DNA of 64,000 bases, taken from Eledone cirrhosa. Taxonomy: Eukaryota. The stretch spans positions 8,742,001-8,806,000 of the forward strand of contig OZ024761.1 in NCBI GenBank assembly GCA_964016885.1, given 5' to 3'. The notes beneath the pieces are model-generated. The model searched no databases. It saw only the letters and a program-made list of their open reading frames with translations, and was not told the origin of the DNA. Below, piece after piece: positions 14,982 to 35,703 of this stretch (the stretch's first letter is position 1; every line of letters starts with the position of its first letter). The position numbers and the translations under genes were made by a program.

Positions 14982-17295
14982 CTACATAAAAACGGAAGAC
15001 ATGCAACCACAGAATCCTGCTGAGGGGTTTTTTTGGTCAAGTGTTGTGCTAGCAGGGAATTACCAAAGTGGATTTCAGCCACTTGGCTGAAGTCATTCAG
15101 AATAAGCTGACCAGCCTTAAACAGGTCGTCCAAGTCCTTGATGTAAGAATCAACAGCAAATGCACTGTTGAAATTTAACATGGTCCCTCTTGATGGGGTC
15201 CAAAACATTTTGTTTTGGCTGTCTTTTCTTTGGTCCCACGATGTCATCAGTTCAAGGAATATCATGGCGGGGGCCATGAATGTAATAAGTGACTCAAAAC
15301 AGAATGGGTTACGTACAACCCTGCTGAGAATCCGGATGCTGCGGGGGTAAGCAAACGGAACTTTGCCAATGTAGTGTAGTAAGCACCAGAAACTCTCCAC
15401 AGTGGCGAGGAATTTGGATGGATTTTCTTTCTGAGAAACTCTCGATAGCAACACCAAGATGTTGTTCTCTGTCGTGCGAAGTGCCACATAGCTATCACTC
15501 ATCATCATTCTTTCCCGTTTCTTGTAAAGATTTTCTTTTGCGGACTCCTCGTTCTCCGTGTTACTGATGGAAGAATCTTTTGAGAGACACTGTGCCGATG
15601 ATTTCTTTTTGTTTTTTTTCCATTCTTTTGGTGTTTCTTCTGACACCGACACTACAGAATTTAGCTGTTCTCCTTCGTTGCTATCTCCAGCAGTTGAGGC
15701 TATTTTGGAGGTAAGCACAACAGCAGCTTCCTGCAAACTATCCTGGGGTTTTTCATCATCACTTTCCGCTGAACTGAAATCATCGCGTAACTGAGAGTTG
15801 TAGTCGGGGCTCCAGTCCGGAGAGTGGTAAGACGAGTTACTGAAAGGACTGAGAGCCGAGGAACCATTTGAGGTCTCGTTGCCGAAATCCTGCTTACAAG
15901 TCTGTCCATCTGTGAAATTATCTGCACTCCATTTCACGTCAGTTTGGTAGGTGGGGCTGTCGATACGAAATATATAGCGTTGTGCTGTCTGATCTGGTTG
16001 TTTCTTCTTGTCCTCACCCACTGAAAATTCTTGTTGGCAAATATTTTCTTCCATATCACCATCACCACCGCCAACATCAACATCCATTTTATCTTTTGTT
16101 TCATCATCATCATTATCACAGCCATCACCACCACTACGCTCCTCCTCATTATCATCATCATCTTCTCCACTTAAAGACAAACTTAACGACTCTGATGCCA
16201 ATTTGTTTGAAAGATCTTTCGTCTTAGATGTGTCTTGTTTTAAAAATTTCACTTGGGAACTTTCAGATTCTGGTGTTGTTTCCGAGGAATGGCAACTGCT
16301 TAATACTGACAATGGTCTTTTAGAATTACTTGTGGAATGTATTTCATCTTTGGCTGTTACAGAATCAGTTTCTATAAATTTAGTTGATAAATCAACAGCA
16401 ATTGAGGAAGACTTTCTGCTGGGGTTTGAAACTTTTTTTGAGGAATCGAGGCAACTGACAACAGTGTCTATGTTTTCAGTAGTTTTTTTAGTATAATTTA
16501 GCTGTGATGGTAGATTTGCTGACACGCATTTCGTTTTGGAGTCCTTCTCACTGTTGTTCAAATGAGATTTAGTGTTTATATTTCGCTCGGTTGATGACAA
16601 ACCTTTAGAATTAGGTTTAAATTCTTTGAGTGGATCACCTCGCAAGACTGAACTCTCTTTCATTCTGGAATCACTGTTGCTGTTCTCATTCAACTTAGAA
16701 GATTTTCTTGAAGAAGGGGAACTTTTGCTTTCTCTTTCCCTTCTGTCTGGTGACTTTGTGCGTTTTTTCGTCGGGTAACACACTATGTTTTCAATGAGAC
16801 ACTTTACAAATGGTTCTGTTTTCGGCAAGTTAAACGAAAAGCCAGCACAGCGCTGAAGATGAATAAATAATACAGGAACAAGCCCCCTCTCCAGTAGCAT
16901 ATCGAAACTGACCTCGTCATAGAGGAAGTTGACTAGAGCGCTGATGATACGGGTTGTGAAGGGTGCTGTAGATCAAATCTTTGAGGGCCTCGATGAAAAC
17001 CATCAGTACATCACTTTGCCGCAGTTTCACTCGGTTGACAGCCTCGTTACAAAACAAACACAACGCATTGAGTATTTCAATCTTGCGTACGGTCGACACT
17101 TCATCGTCAAACTTGTTCTTCATGGTCTGAATTCCTCCTGAGCTCCCCAGTGGTGGACGTATGAAGTTGTGCCGACTCAGGTAAATGAGTACACGCAGGG
17201 CATTCTGAGAGAGTGTGCCACTTTCGTTAGAGATTTCTACCAATGTTGTAAGACCATCTGCAGTCAACACTTGCTGGGCAAATTCTACTGAACAA
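14982..17295 (-). CDS. ARMC5: ARMC5 exon 5 (ARM repeats plus long acidic/Ser-rich linker); contains a +1 frameshift at 16951-16953
   Basis: cccgttcctag| acceptor and AG|gtaagt donor. Motifs CSVEFAQQVL, RPPLGSSGGI, ALCLFCNEAVNRVKLR, (R)IISALVNFLYD..GLVPVL, LLSRVSQKENPS and RILSRVVRNPFCFE match ARMC5 orthologs as recalled. Confidence 0.9.
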
Positions 17296-17321
17296 CTAGG
17301 AACGGGAAAGAAAGAAGAAAG

Positions 17322-24966
<7,645 letters not shown>

Positions 24967-25008
24967 GATATTAAATAAATGGAAACTATATTTATAAAAC
25001 CATATTTA

Positions 25009-25070
25009 TTTCATTATATATATTTCAGGGATATCATATTAACAATATGTTATGCCTTCTTCAGACAAAA
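25009..25070 (-). ncRNA. Putative type I hammerhead ribozyme (degenerate) downstream of the Penelope ORF
   Basis: Minus strand reads TTTTGT-CTGAAGA-AGG..CCT-GAAA-TATATA-TA^ATGAAA; stem I has 2 GU pairs and stem III is palindromic. Confidence 0.55.
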
Positions 25071-26407
25071 TACAATATAGACAGTTTTATAGATAAATAG
25101 ATTTGACATACCGTTCAACATCGACTTGTATTTGAAAAAGTTGATTTGGCAGTGAAAAATTGTAAACAGAAAGAAAGAAAGAAAGAAAGAAGGAAAGAAA
25201 GAAAGAAAACGAAGAAAAAGAAGAAAAAAGAAGAAATGCATGCCACAAAATAGAGAGATGGAAAGATAGATAAAGAGAAGAACTTCATGTAAAGAAACAG
25301 AGAGAGATATATAGAGAGAGGAAATAGATAGAGATAGATATATATATAGAGAAAAAAGTAGGTAGTTGAACATCCGTTGAATGACGTATCAATGATACAT
25401 TTATTTATTTATTTATTTATTTAGCTCTAGTATTAATGTAAGGGAGATATATGTGGTTAGGAAAGAAACCAGCCGTTATATAGAGAGAAAAATGAAAAGT
25501 AACCAGACATAGGCGAGGCAGAATTTAAAAACCCTATGTTTTAATGTAGAAATATTAGTTCGTATAAAAACCAGGCACCATAATGTAAATATCAGTATTC
25601 CTGAATGAGACACGTATCCATAATGTGTGAAAAGTAATGATCTTATGTCTAGTTTTAAAAATTCATATGTTTATATGATAACTACAAACATCGATGTGAA
25701 TTTACGTGATCAACTCTGCAAACCCCTATTTCACACGGAGAACATTCTCATTGTGCTATAAAAATTTAAGTATACATATATGTGTATATATACACATATA
25801 TATAGAGTCTATATTAATTTTAACAATACTATTCTTGTCTTTACTCTACATGATTATCTATCAAGCAGAAATAGAGAACAGATTTCAATATATTAATAAA
25901 AAATAAAAAATATCAGAAACAAAAACAAAAAAATAATAATAATAATAATAATAAACAAATAAATAAAATAGAAAACTAAAAAATATTACATATTAAAAAT
26001 AAAATATTAAAAATATTAAAAATATTAAAATAATAAAAATAAAATGCCACGCAAGTCGACCACAAAGATCAACCCTTCAAAATTAATTGACAATATATTG
26101 CCAAGTTCATTATAAGCATCAGAGTCGAAAATAGATAAAGCTAAAAATTATTTACCAAATCGCGTCTAGCAGAAATCATTTCAAAAGTTTAGGATGCCCA
26201 TTTGGTCTACATATATTCTTATATTTAATATAGAAGTTTATCTAGTGTAACGTTTATTCGATATATTTGGAGCATCAACTTTTAGGGTAGTTTAATTTTC
26301 CTGAAGAATGTTTAAGATAAAAATAAAAATAAAAAGAAGAATAAAAAGAAGAAATCGAAAGATTTATCGGCTAGTTTCCCAAATAATTACAAATCAAACT
26401 AAATATA

Positions 26408-27595
26408 CTACATTTTAAATTTAAATTTATATTTAAAAGTTGAGTTCAATCTATGTTTGCAGCAACTGAATAAATTTGTCCGTAGATTAAGGGAATTTTT
26501 AGATTTTAGTATAAAGAATATCTCCTCCGCGCAGAGGTCACATGTCTCAGAGGATGAATTAAAAGGAATCCCTCTTGAGACTATATTCCAAGCCGTCGAA
26601 TATCTAACGTTATCTTGCCTAAGTTGCCAGAGTACGCCTGATAGTGCTGTTGAAGATTTTTTGCTTGGATCTGTGAAAGAATTCTTGTGGTTATTATAGC
26701 GAAGTTTAAATTCCGTCGATGTGGAACCGACGTAGTTAAAAGAATTAGAGTCCGTTTTAACATTACAGTTGTATATTATATTTTTAACTAAGCAGTTGTT
26801 ATTTAACGGACATTTAGATCTATCTCTAGAGTTACATTTGTTAACTTGTATATTATTTATGCTATTATCGCTAGGTTTTAAGTTCCTATTATTTATTCTA
26901 TTAATATTTGTGCTAAATTTTTGGTGGATGAGTAGGTTAATTTTATAGTATGTCTATTGAAAATTGAGTGATACCTATGTGTTCTAGGGAAGCGATTATC
27001 AAGAGCTTTAAAAAATAGTTTAGCGATGTGGGTTTTAATGTTTAGTGAGAAAGGGGGGGCAAACCATATTATGTTCCTAGTTCTATTTCTTTTTTGGCTT
27101 TTGGAATTATTGTAATGCTTTCTATTATAGTTGTTAAGGTTGTGGCCCGTAATTAAAATAGTTGTTATTTTGTTTAGTTTGTCTATCATTATCTATGTAC
27201 ATAATCTTATCACTATATCCTGCTCTAGCTAACGCTTCATTGTAGTACTGGGCTTTTTCGTCGAAAATCTTTCTATTAGACGAGATTCTAGAGATACGTT
27301 TTTGAACAGAGTTTACTATAGTGTTTTTGACAGATCTGGGGTGGTTAGAGTTAAAGCTGACATAGTTTGAGTTTTCATTCAACTTGTGAAATGGATAGTG
27401 AAGACATGTGTTGAGATTTAATGTTATATCTAGGAAATTGACTATTCTATGGTTGTTCTCAATTTCTATTTTTAGATTAAAGTAATTAAAAAATTTTGTA
27501 ATTTGTTTTCTTTTTCTATTTAGTTCAGAGTTATTATTATCAATAAGTAAAAGCATGTCATCTCTATATAAACCTCCGGTAGTACCAGGTATTTC
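26408..27595 (-). mobile_element. Penelope-like retroelement, 5'-truncated: RT C-terminal half, thumb/linker and GIY-YIG endonuclease, with 2 frameshifts
   Basis: GLYRDDMLL (RT catalytic motif), [41 protein letters not shown], then CPLNNNCLVKNIIYNCNV..YVGSTSTEFKLRYNNHKNSF..CDLCAEE..CCKH; stop at 26408-26410. Confidence 0.9.
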
Positions 27596-27612
27596 CTATG
27601 TAGCGAATTGAT

Positions 27613-27756
27613 TAAAAATAGAGAACAACCATAGAATAGTCAATTTCCTAGATATAACATTAAATCTCAACACATGTCTTCACTATCCATTTCACAAGTT
27701 GAATGAAAACTTAAACTATGTCAGCTTTAACTCTAACCACCCCAGATCTGTCAAAA
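27613..27756 (+). mobile_element. Inverted duplication of Penelope RT segment 27325-27475
   Basis: Near-perfect reverse complement (GAGAACAACCATAGAATAGTCAATTTCC..CCCCAGATCTGTCAAAA). Confidence 0.92.
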
Positions 27757-28336
<580 letters not shown>

Positions 28337-28643
28337 TAAATTGAAACAAAATGAAAACGTAATTTCATTTCTCACTCTTAGTATGGCACTTACTTAAATG
28401 TAAGTATGCATGTATACGTACATACATATATGTATACAGACGTACAGTAGCATGCACATATATATATATATATACATATATATATACATATGCATACAGG
28501 TACACATACATATATGCACGTATCAGTTTAGCGGCGCTAACGTCGCTTTGTTCGTTTGTAAACAAACTGAACAGCCTGAATTTATGCCATACGGTGTTAA
28601 GGCAACCACGTCACCTTTTTGTTCAACACTGACACAGGAACGA
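28337..28643 (-). repeat. Inverted partial copy of the 465-bp unit
   Basis: Reverse complement of unit sequence; forms a ~280-bp-arm palindrome with 28645-28922. Confidence 0.93.
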
Positions 28644-29040
28644 GGGTGACGTGGTTGCCTTAACACCGTATGGCATAAATTCAGGCTGTTCAGTTTGTTT
28701 ACAAACGAACAAAGCGACGTTAGCGCCGCTAAACTGATACGTGCATATATGTATGTGTACCTGTATGCATATGTATATATATATGTATATATATATATAT
28801 ATGTGCATGCTACTGTACGTCTGTATACATATATGTATGTACGTATACATGCATACTTACATTTAAGTAAGTGCCATACTAAGAGTGAGAAATGAAATTA
28901 CGTTTTCATTTTGTTTCAATTTATCGTTTTCGGTATGCCTGACCGATTTAACTCACTCAATATGCAAATTAGGCTGCTCAGCCGTTAATTTTCATAAGGA
29001 AAGTATATACTTTCGAACGTTCAACTATCTGGCAGATGGT

Positions 29041-29086
29041 AAACGGTGCTGATGATAGCTAACAAGCTTGAAACTAGTACATCGTT
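29041..29086 (+). ncRNA. Type I hammerhead ribozyme, copy 1
   Basis: AACGGTG-CTGATGA-T-AGCT-AACA-AGCT-T-GAAAC-TA-GTA^CATCGTT; stem I AACGGTG/CATCGTT; palindromic ACTAGT stem III; predicted cut after 29079. Confidence 0.82.
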
Positions 29087-29505
29087 CCTGTGTCAGTGTT
29101 GAACAAAAAGGTGACGTGGTTGCCTTAACACCGTATGGCATAAATTCAGGCTGTTCAGTTTGTTTACAAACGAACAAAGCGACGTTAGCGCCGCTAAACT
29201 GATACGTGCATATATGTATGTGTACCTGTATGCATATGTATATATATATGTATATATATATATATATGTGCATGCTACTGTACGTCTGTATACATATATG
29301 TATGTACGTATACATGCATACTTACATTTAAGTAAGTGCCATACTAAGAGTGAGAAATGAAATTACGTTTTCATTTGTTTCAATTTATCGTTTTCGGTAT
29401 GCCTGACCGATTTAACTCACTCAATATGCAAATTAGGCTGCTCAGCCGTTAATTTTCATAAGGAAAGTATATACTTTCGAACGTTCAACTATCTGGCAGA
29501 TGGGT

Positions 29506-29551
29506 AAACGGTGCTGATGATAGCTAACAAGCTTGAAACTAGTACATCGTT
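29506..29551 (+). ncRNA. Type I hammerhead ribozyme, copy 2
   Basis: Identical motif; predicted cut after 29544. Confidence 0.82.
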
Positions 29552-29971
29552 CCTGTGTCAGTGTTGAACAAAAAGGTGACGTGGTTGCCTTAACACCGTA
29601 TGGCATAAATTCAGGCTGTTCAGTTTGTTTACAAACGAACAAAGCGACGTTAGCGCCGCTAAACTGATACGTGCATATATGTATGTGTACCTGTATGCAT
29701 ATGTATATATATATGTATATATATATATATATGTGCATGCTACTGTACGTCTGTATACATATATGTATGTACGTATACATGCATACTTACATTTAAGTAA
29801 GTGCCATACTAAGAGTGAGAAATGAAATTACGTTTTCATTTTGTTTCAATTTATCGTTTTCGGTATGCCTGACCGATTTAACTCACTCAATATGCAAATT
29901 AGGCTGCTCAGCCGTTAATTTTCATAAGGAAAGTATATACTTTCGAACGTTCAACTATCTGGCAGATGGGT

Positions 29972-30017
29972 AAACGGTGCTGATGATAGCTAACAAGCTT
30001 GAAACTAGTACATCGTT
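29972..30017 (+). ncRNA. Type I hammerhead ribozyme, copy 3
   Basis: Identical motif; predicted cut after 30010. Confidence 0.82.
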
Positions 30018-30253
30018 CCTGTGTCAGTGTTGAACAAAAAGGTGACGTGGTTGCCTTAACACCGTATGGCATAAATTCAGGCTGTTCAGTTTGTTTACAA
30101 ACGAACAAAGCGACGTTAGCGCCGCTAAACTGATACGTGCATATATGTATGTGTACCTGTATGCATATGTATATATATATGTATATATATATATATATGT
30201 GCATGCTACTGTACGTCTGTATACATATATGTATGTACGTATACATGCATACT

Positions 30254-30257
<4 letters not shown>

Positions 30258-30350
<93 letters not shown>

Positions 30351-30364
30351 ATATATATATATAT

Positions 30365-30462
<98 letters not shown>

Positions 30463-30549
30463 ATATATATATATACATGTATATATATATATACATGTAT
30501 ATATATATATATATATATACATGTATATATATATATATATATATACATG

Positions 30550-30581
<32 letters not shown>

Positions 30582-30738
30582 CATGTATATATATATATAC
30601 ATGTATATATATATATACATGTATATATATATATATATATACATGTATATATACATATATATATACATATATATATACATGTATATATACATATATATAT
30701 ACATATATATATACATATATATATACATATATATATAC

Positions 30739-30773
<35 letters not shown>

Positions 30774-30800
30774 CATGTATATATATATATATATATATAC

Positions 30801-30869
<69 letters not shown>

Positions 30870-31003
30870 CATGTATATATATATATATATATACATGTAT
30901 ATATATATATATATACACATATATATATATATACATGTATATATATATATATATACACATATATATATACATGTATATATATATATATATACATGTATAT
31001 ATG

Positions 31004-31053
<50 letters not shown>

Positions 31054-31575
31054 CATGTATATATATATATACATGTATATATATATATACATGTATATAT
31101 ATATATACATGTATATATATATATACATGTATATATATATATATATACATGTATATATATATATATACATGTATATATATATATATACATGTATATATAT
31201 ATATATACATGTATATATATATATATACATGTATATATATATATATACATGTATATATATATATATACATGTATATATATATATATACATGTATATATAT
31301 ATATATACATGTATATATATATATACATGTATATATATATATACATGTATATATATATATACATGTATATATATATATACATGTATATATATATATACAT
31401 GTGTATATATATATACATGTATATATATATACATGTGTATATATATATACATGTATATATACATGTATATATATGTATATGCATGTATATATATGTATGT
31501 ATATATGTATATGTATGTATATATATATGTATATGTATGTATATATGTATGTATATGTATATGTATGTGTATATG

Positions 31576-31608
<33 letters not shown>

Positions 31609-32407
31609 ATATGTATATGTATATATATGTATGTATATGTATGTATATATATGTATATGTATGTATATGTATGTATATATATGTATATGTATGTATATAT
31701 ATGTATATGTATGTATGTATATATATGTATATGTATGTATATATATGTATATGTATGTATGTATATGTATATGTATGTATATGTATGTATATATATATGT
31801 ATGTATATATATATGTGTATGTATATATATATGTGTATGTATATATATATGTGTATGTATATATATATGTGTATGTATATATATATGTGTATGTATATAT
31901 ATATGTGTATGTATATATATATGTATATATATATGTATATGTATATATATATGTATATGTATATATATATGTATATATATGTGTATGTATATGTATATAT
32001 ATGTGTATGTATATGTATATATATGTGTATGTATATGTATATATATGTGTATGTATATGTATATATGTGTATGTATATGTATATATGTGTATGTATATGT
32101 ATATATATGTGTATGTATATGTATATATATGTGTATGTATATGTGTATATATATGTGTATGTATATGTGTATATATATGTGTATGTATATGTATATATAT
32201 ATGTGTATGTATATGTATATATATATGTGTGTATGTATATGTATATATATGTGTATGTATATATATATATATATGTGTGTGTATATGTATATATATATAT
32301 ATGTGTATGTATATGTATATATATATATATGTGTATGTATATGTGTATGTATATGTATATATATATGTGTATGTATATGTATATATATATATATGTATAT
32401 ATATATG

Positions 32408-32440
<33 letters not shown>

Positions 32441-33138
32441 GTGTATATATATATATGTGTATATATATATGTGTATGTATATGTATATATATATATATGT
32501 GTATGTATATGTATATATATATATATGTGTATGTATATATATATATATATGTGTATGTATATGTATATATATATATGTGTATGTATATGTATATATATAT
32601 ATATGTGTATGTATATGTATATATGTGTATGTATATGTATATATATGTGTATGTATATGTATATATATATATATGTGTATGTATATGTATATATATATAT
32701 ATGTGTATGTATATGTATATATATATATATGTGTATGTATATGTATATATATGTGTATGTATATGTATATATATGTGTATGTATATGTATATATATGTGT
32801 ATGTATATGTATATATATATATATGTGTATGTATATGTATATATATATATATATGTATGTATATGTATATATATGTGTATGTGTGTATGTATATGTATAT
32901 ATATATATATGTGTATGTATATGTATATATATATGTGTATGTATATGTATATATATATGTGTATGTATATGTATATATATATGTGTATGTATATGTATAT
33001 ATATATATGTGTATGTATATGTATATATATATATATATGTGTATGTATATGTATATATATATGTATATGTATATATATATATGTATATGTATGTATATAT
33101 ATATGTATATGTATGTATATATATATATGTATATGTAT
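30258..33138. repeat. Compound (TA)n/TACATG/TATG microsatellite
   Basis: Direct inspection. Confidence 0.97.
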
Positions 33139-33410
33139 CATCATCATCATCATCATCACCGTTTTACGTCCGTTCTTCCACGCTAGCATGGGTTAGACGG
33201 GTTGTCCTGTTGTGGGCAGTGTCTGGTCGGCTGACCATGCCTTGCTCATACAGGAACTGATCTGGCTTGATTTCTACAGCTGGATGCCCTTCCTAACACC
33301 AACCTCATTTACAGTGAGTGCTGGGTGCTTTTTCGTGGCGCCTACACGTCCACTTTACAGTGTGGGCTGGGTGCTTTTTTGCCGTGGCACCTCCACGACC
33401 ACCTTGCGGT
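33139..33410 (-). mobile_element. 3' half of SINE family A with (GAT)n tail
   Basis: catcatcat..cgttttacgtcc..ccacgctagcatggg..gctggatgcccttcctaacaccaac. Confidence 0.75.
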
Positions 33411-33440
33411 GGGGGGGGGGGGGCATATTGTTTATATGCT

Positions 33441-33978
33441 TCAGCATGTACCCATGGGAGGTCGGGTACCCTGTATTACTGCGTGACGCCAGAAGTCACG
33501 GTCGTGTGTCATTGACTTTGAGAGGTGTAGTTGGGTAAGGTCGGCTTTTATCACCTCATCCCAAGTCATCTTGGGTCTCCCCACTCCGCGGTTTCCATCA
33601 ACTTCTAGTGCTCTGCACCTTTTTATGCAGCTGTCATCCTTCATACGCATCACATGTCCATACCAGCGTAACCGCCTCTCCTGCACGCAGCATTTGATTC
33701 CTCTTATGCTCAGTCTCTCTCTCAATTCATTTATGCTTTGTCGTTCACGTATATTACTGTTACACATCCATCGGAGCATGCAGGCTTCGTTTCTCTCTAA
33801 TCTACGTAGGTCTTCCACCTTCAGCGCCCAGGTCTCACTACCATGCAACATCGCTGTTCGGATACACGCATCATACAGTCTGCCTTTCATTCTGAGGGAG
33901 AAGCCTTTTGCAGCTAGCAGTGGTAGTAGTTCCCTAAACTTCTTCCATCCCGTTCTTACCCTAGTTATTGTACTTTCT
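33441..33978 (-). mobile_element. RTE-clade LINE, 3' fragment
   Basis: RVRTGWKKFRELLPLL..KGRLYDACIRTAMLHGSETW..RRLRWYGHVMR..GRPKMTW. Confidence 0.9.
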
Positions 33979-34414
33979 GTATGTATATATATATGTATAT
34001 GTATGTATATATATTTCGTTTCTGAATTTGTTTAGCAAGATTCTTTATCTGAAATCGTGTGTTGAAACCGATATTGTTATACTTTGGGAGGGTCATGTTG
34101 CCAATAAGAAACACACGCACCAGTTGCTTTCACTTCAATTTAATTTATTATATATTTATAAATTTACAAATTTATAAATTTCTGGTTGGTTGGTTGGTTC
34201 CACAACCAGATAGTTGTTTATATATATATAGTCATAGTTCTTTCGTCACACACTCTGTGACCTCTTCAGTGACTGGGGATTTCTTTCTTCGTTTCTGTGC
34301 CTTTCCTTTCTTCTATCTATCCTACGCCATTTTGGCGTAGGATATACAAACTAAGGAAAAAATTATGTATTTTGTTAGAGGTGCCTACTGACTGTAGTTG
34401 GTTTCACTTTGCAC

Positions 34415-35672
34415 TTAGATAAGGCGGGTCTTCTCTATTACTGTGTAGCGCCAAAGATCTCGGTCCAGTGACATTGTCTTGGAGAGGTGTAAGTGTGTGA
34501 GGTCGGAATTTATCAAGTCGTCCCAGGTTTTTCTGGGTCTGCCTACTCCGTAGCTACCGTCTATTTTTATTGCTCTGCACTTTTTTATACAGCTGTCGTC
34601 TTTCATGCGCATCACGTGACCATACCAACGTAGTCTTCTCTCGAGTAAACAACATCTGATCACTCTTATTTCTAATTTTTTCCTTAGTTCGTTTATGCTT
34701 TGCCGTTCACGTATATTACTATTACACATCCAGCGGAGCATGCAAGCTTCGTTTCTTTCCAGTCTGCGTATATCCTCTGCACACAATGCCCAGGTCTCAC
34801 TGCCATGTAACATTGCTGTTCGTATGCAGGCATCATACAGCCTGCCTTTCATTTTTAGAGAGAACCCTTTAGCGGCCAATAGTGGTATAAGCTCTCTGAA
34901 CTTTTTCCATCCCGTTCTGACTCTAGCTACTGTACTTTCAGGTAACGGAAGCTGTCCACTATTTCTATAGAACCATCTATGCAATGGAATGAGTTAGTTG
35001 CTGCTACTTATTGCACCAGAGCACCGGCCACATATAAAATCTATATTCTTAGTTAGCTTACCTGTGATCCCACTACATCTTTTATGCACCCATACTTTGC
35101 ATTTGGGACATAAAATGGAGTTTCTGCCTACCCCTTTCCTACACACTGAGCATGGCCATTTCCCAGATGGGACCAGTGCCCTCTTCTCCTTCCTACATAT
35201 TAGGACTTTAGTCTTAGACAAGTTAACTTTAAGGCCTTTTGATTCTAGGCCATGCTTCCATGTTTGGAATTTCTTCTCTAGTTCAACCATTGATTCAGCT
35301 ATGAGCGTTAGATCATCTGCGGCCGGTCTTGAGCTCCTCCGTTATAGCTTGGAGGGCGATAATAAATAGGAGGGGGCTAAGGACGGAGCCCTGATGAACA
35401 CCAACTTTTACCCTATACTCTTCACTATATTCATTGTTAATTCTAACCTTGCTGACTGTTTCTTTATACATGGCTTGTATAGCTCTCACAAGCCATTCAT
35501 CTACACCTAGTTTTCTTAGAACCCACCAGATAATGGAGCGGGGGACTCTGTCAAAGGCTTTCTCCAGGTCTACAAAAGCTAAGTAGAGGGGTTTACTTTT
35601 AGCTAGGTACTTCTCCTGTAGTTGTCGTACAATGAAAAGAGCATCAGTGGTACTTTTACCTGACACAAACCC
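34415..35672 (-). mobile_element. RTE-clade LINE RT fragment, internally deleted and frameshifted
   Basis: [43 protein letters not shown], Cys-rich WPCSVC..WVHKRC insert, YDACIRTAMLHGSETW. Confidence 0.92.

Positions 35673-35703
<31 letters not shown>

Larger units (their letters stand above)
28645..30257 (+). repeat. 465/466-bp tandem repeat (~3.5 units), each unit with a hammerhead ribozyme (retrozyme or pLTR-like)
   Basis: Identical ORF-track peptides start at 28695, 29160, 29625 and 30091; units are near-identical. Confidence 0.95.

Noticed and set aside
28695-30246. Repeated 66-112-aa ORFs in the 465-bp unit
   Set aside because: They run through an internal TA/TG microsatellite and show no domain features; the unit looks non-coding
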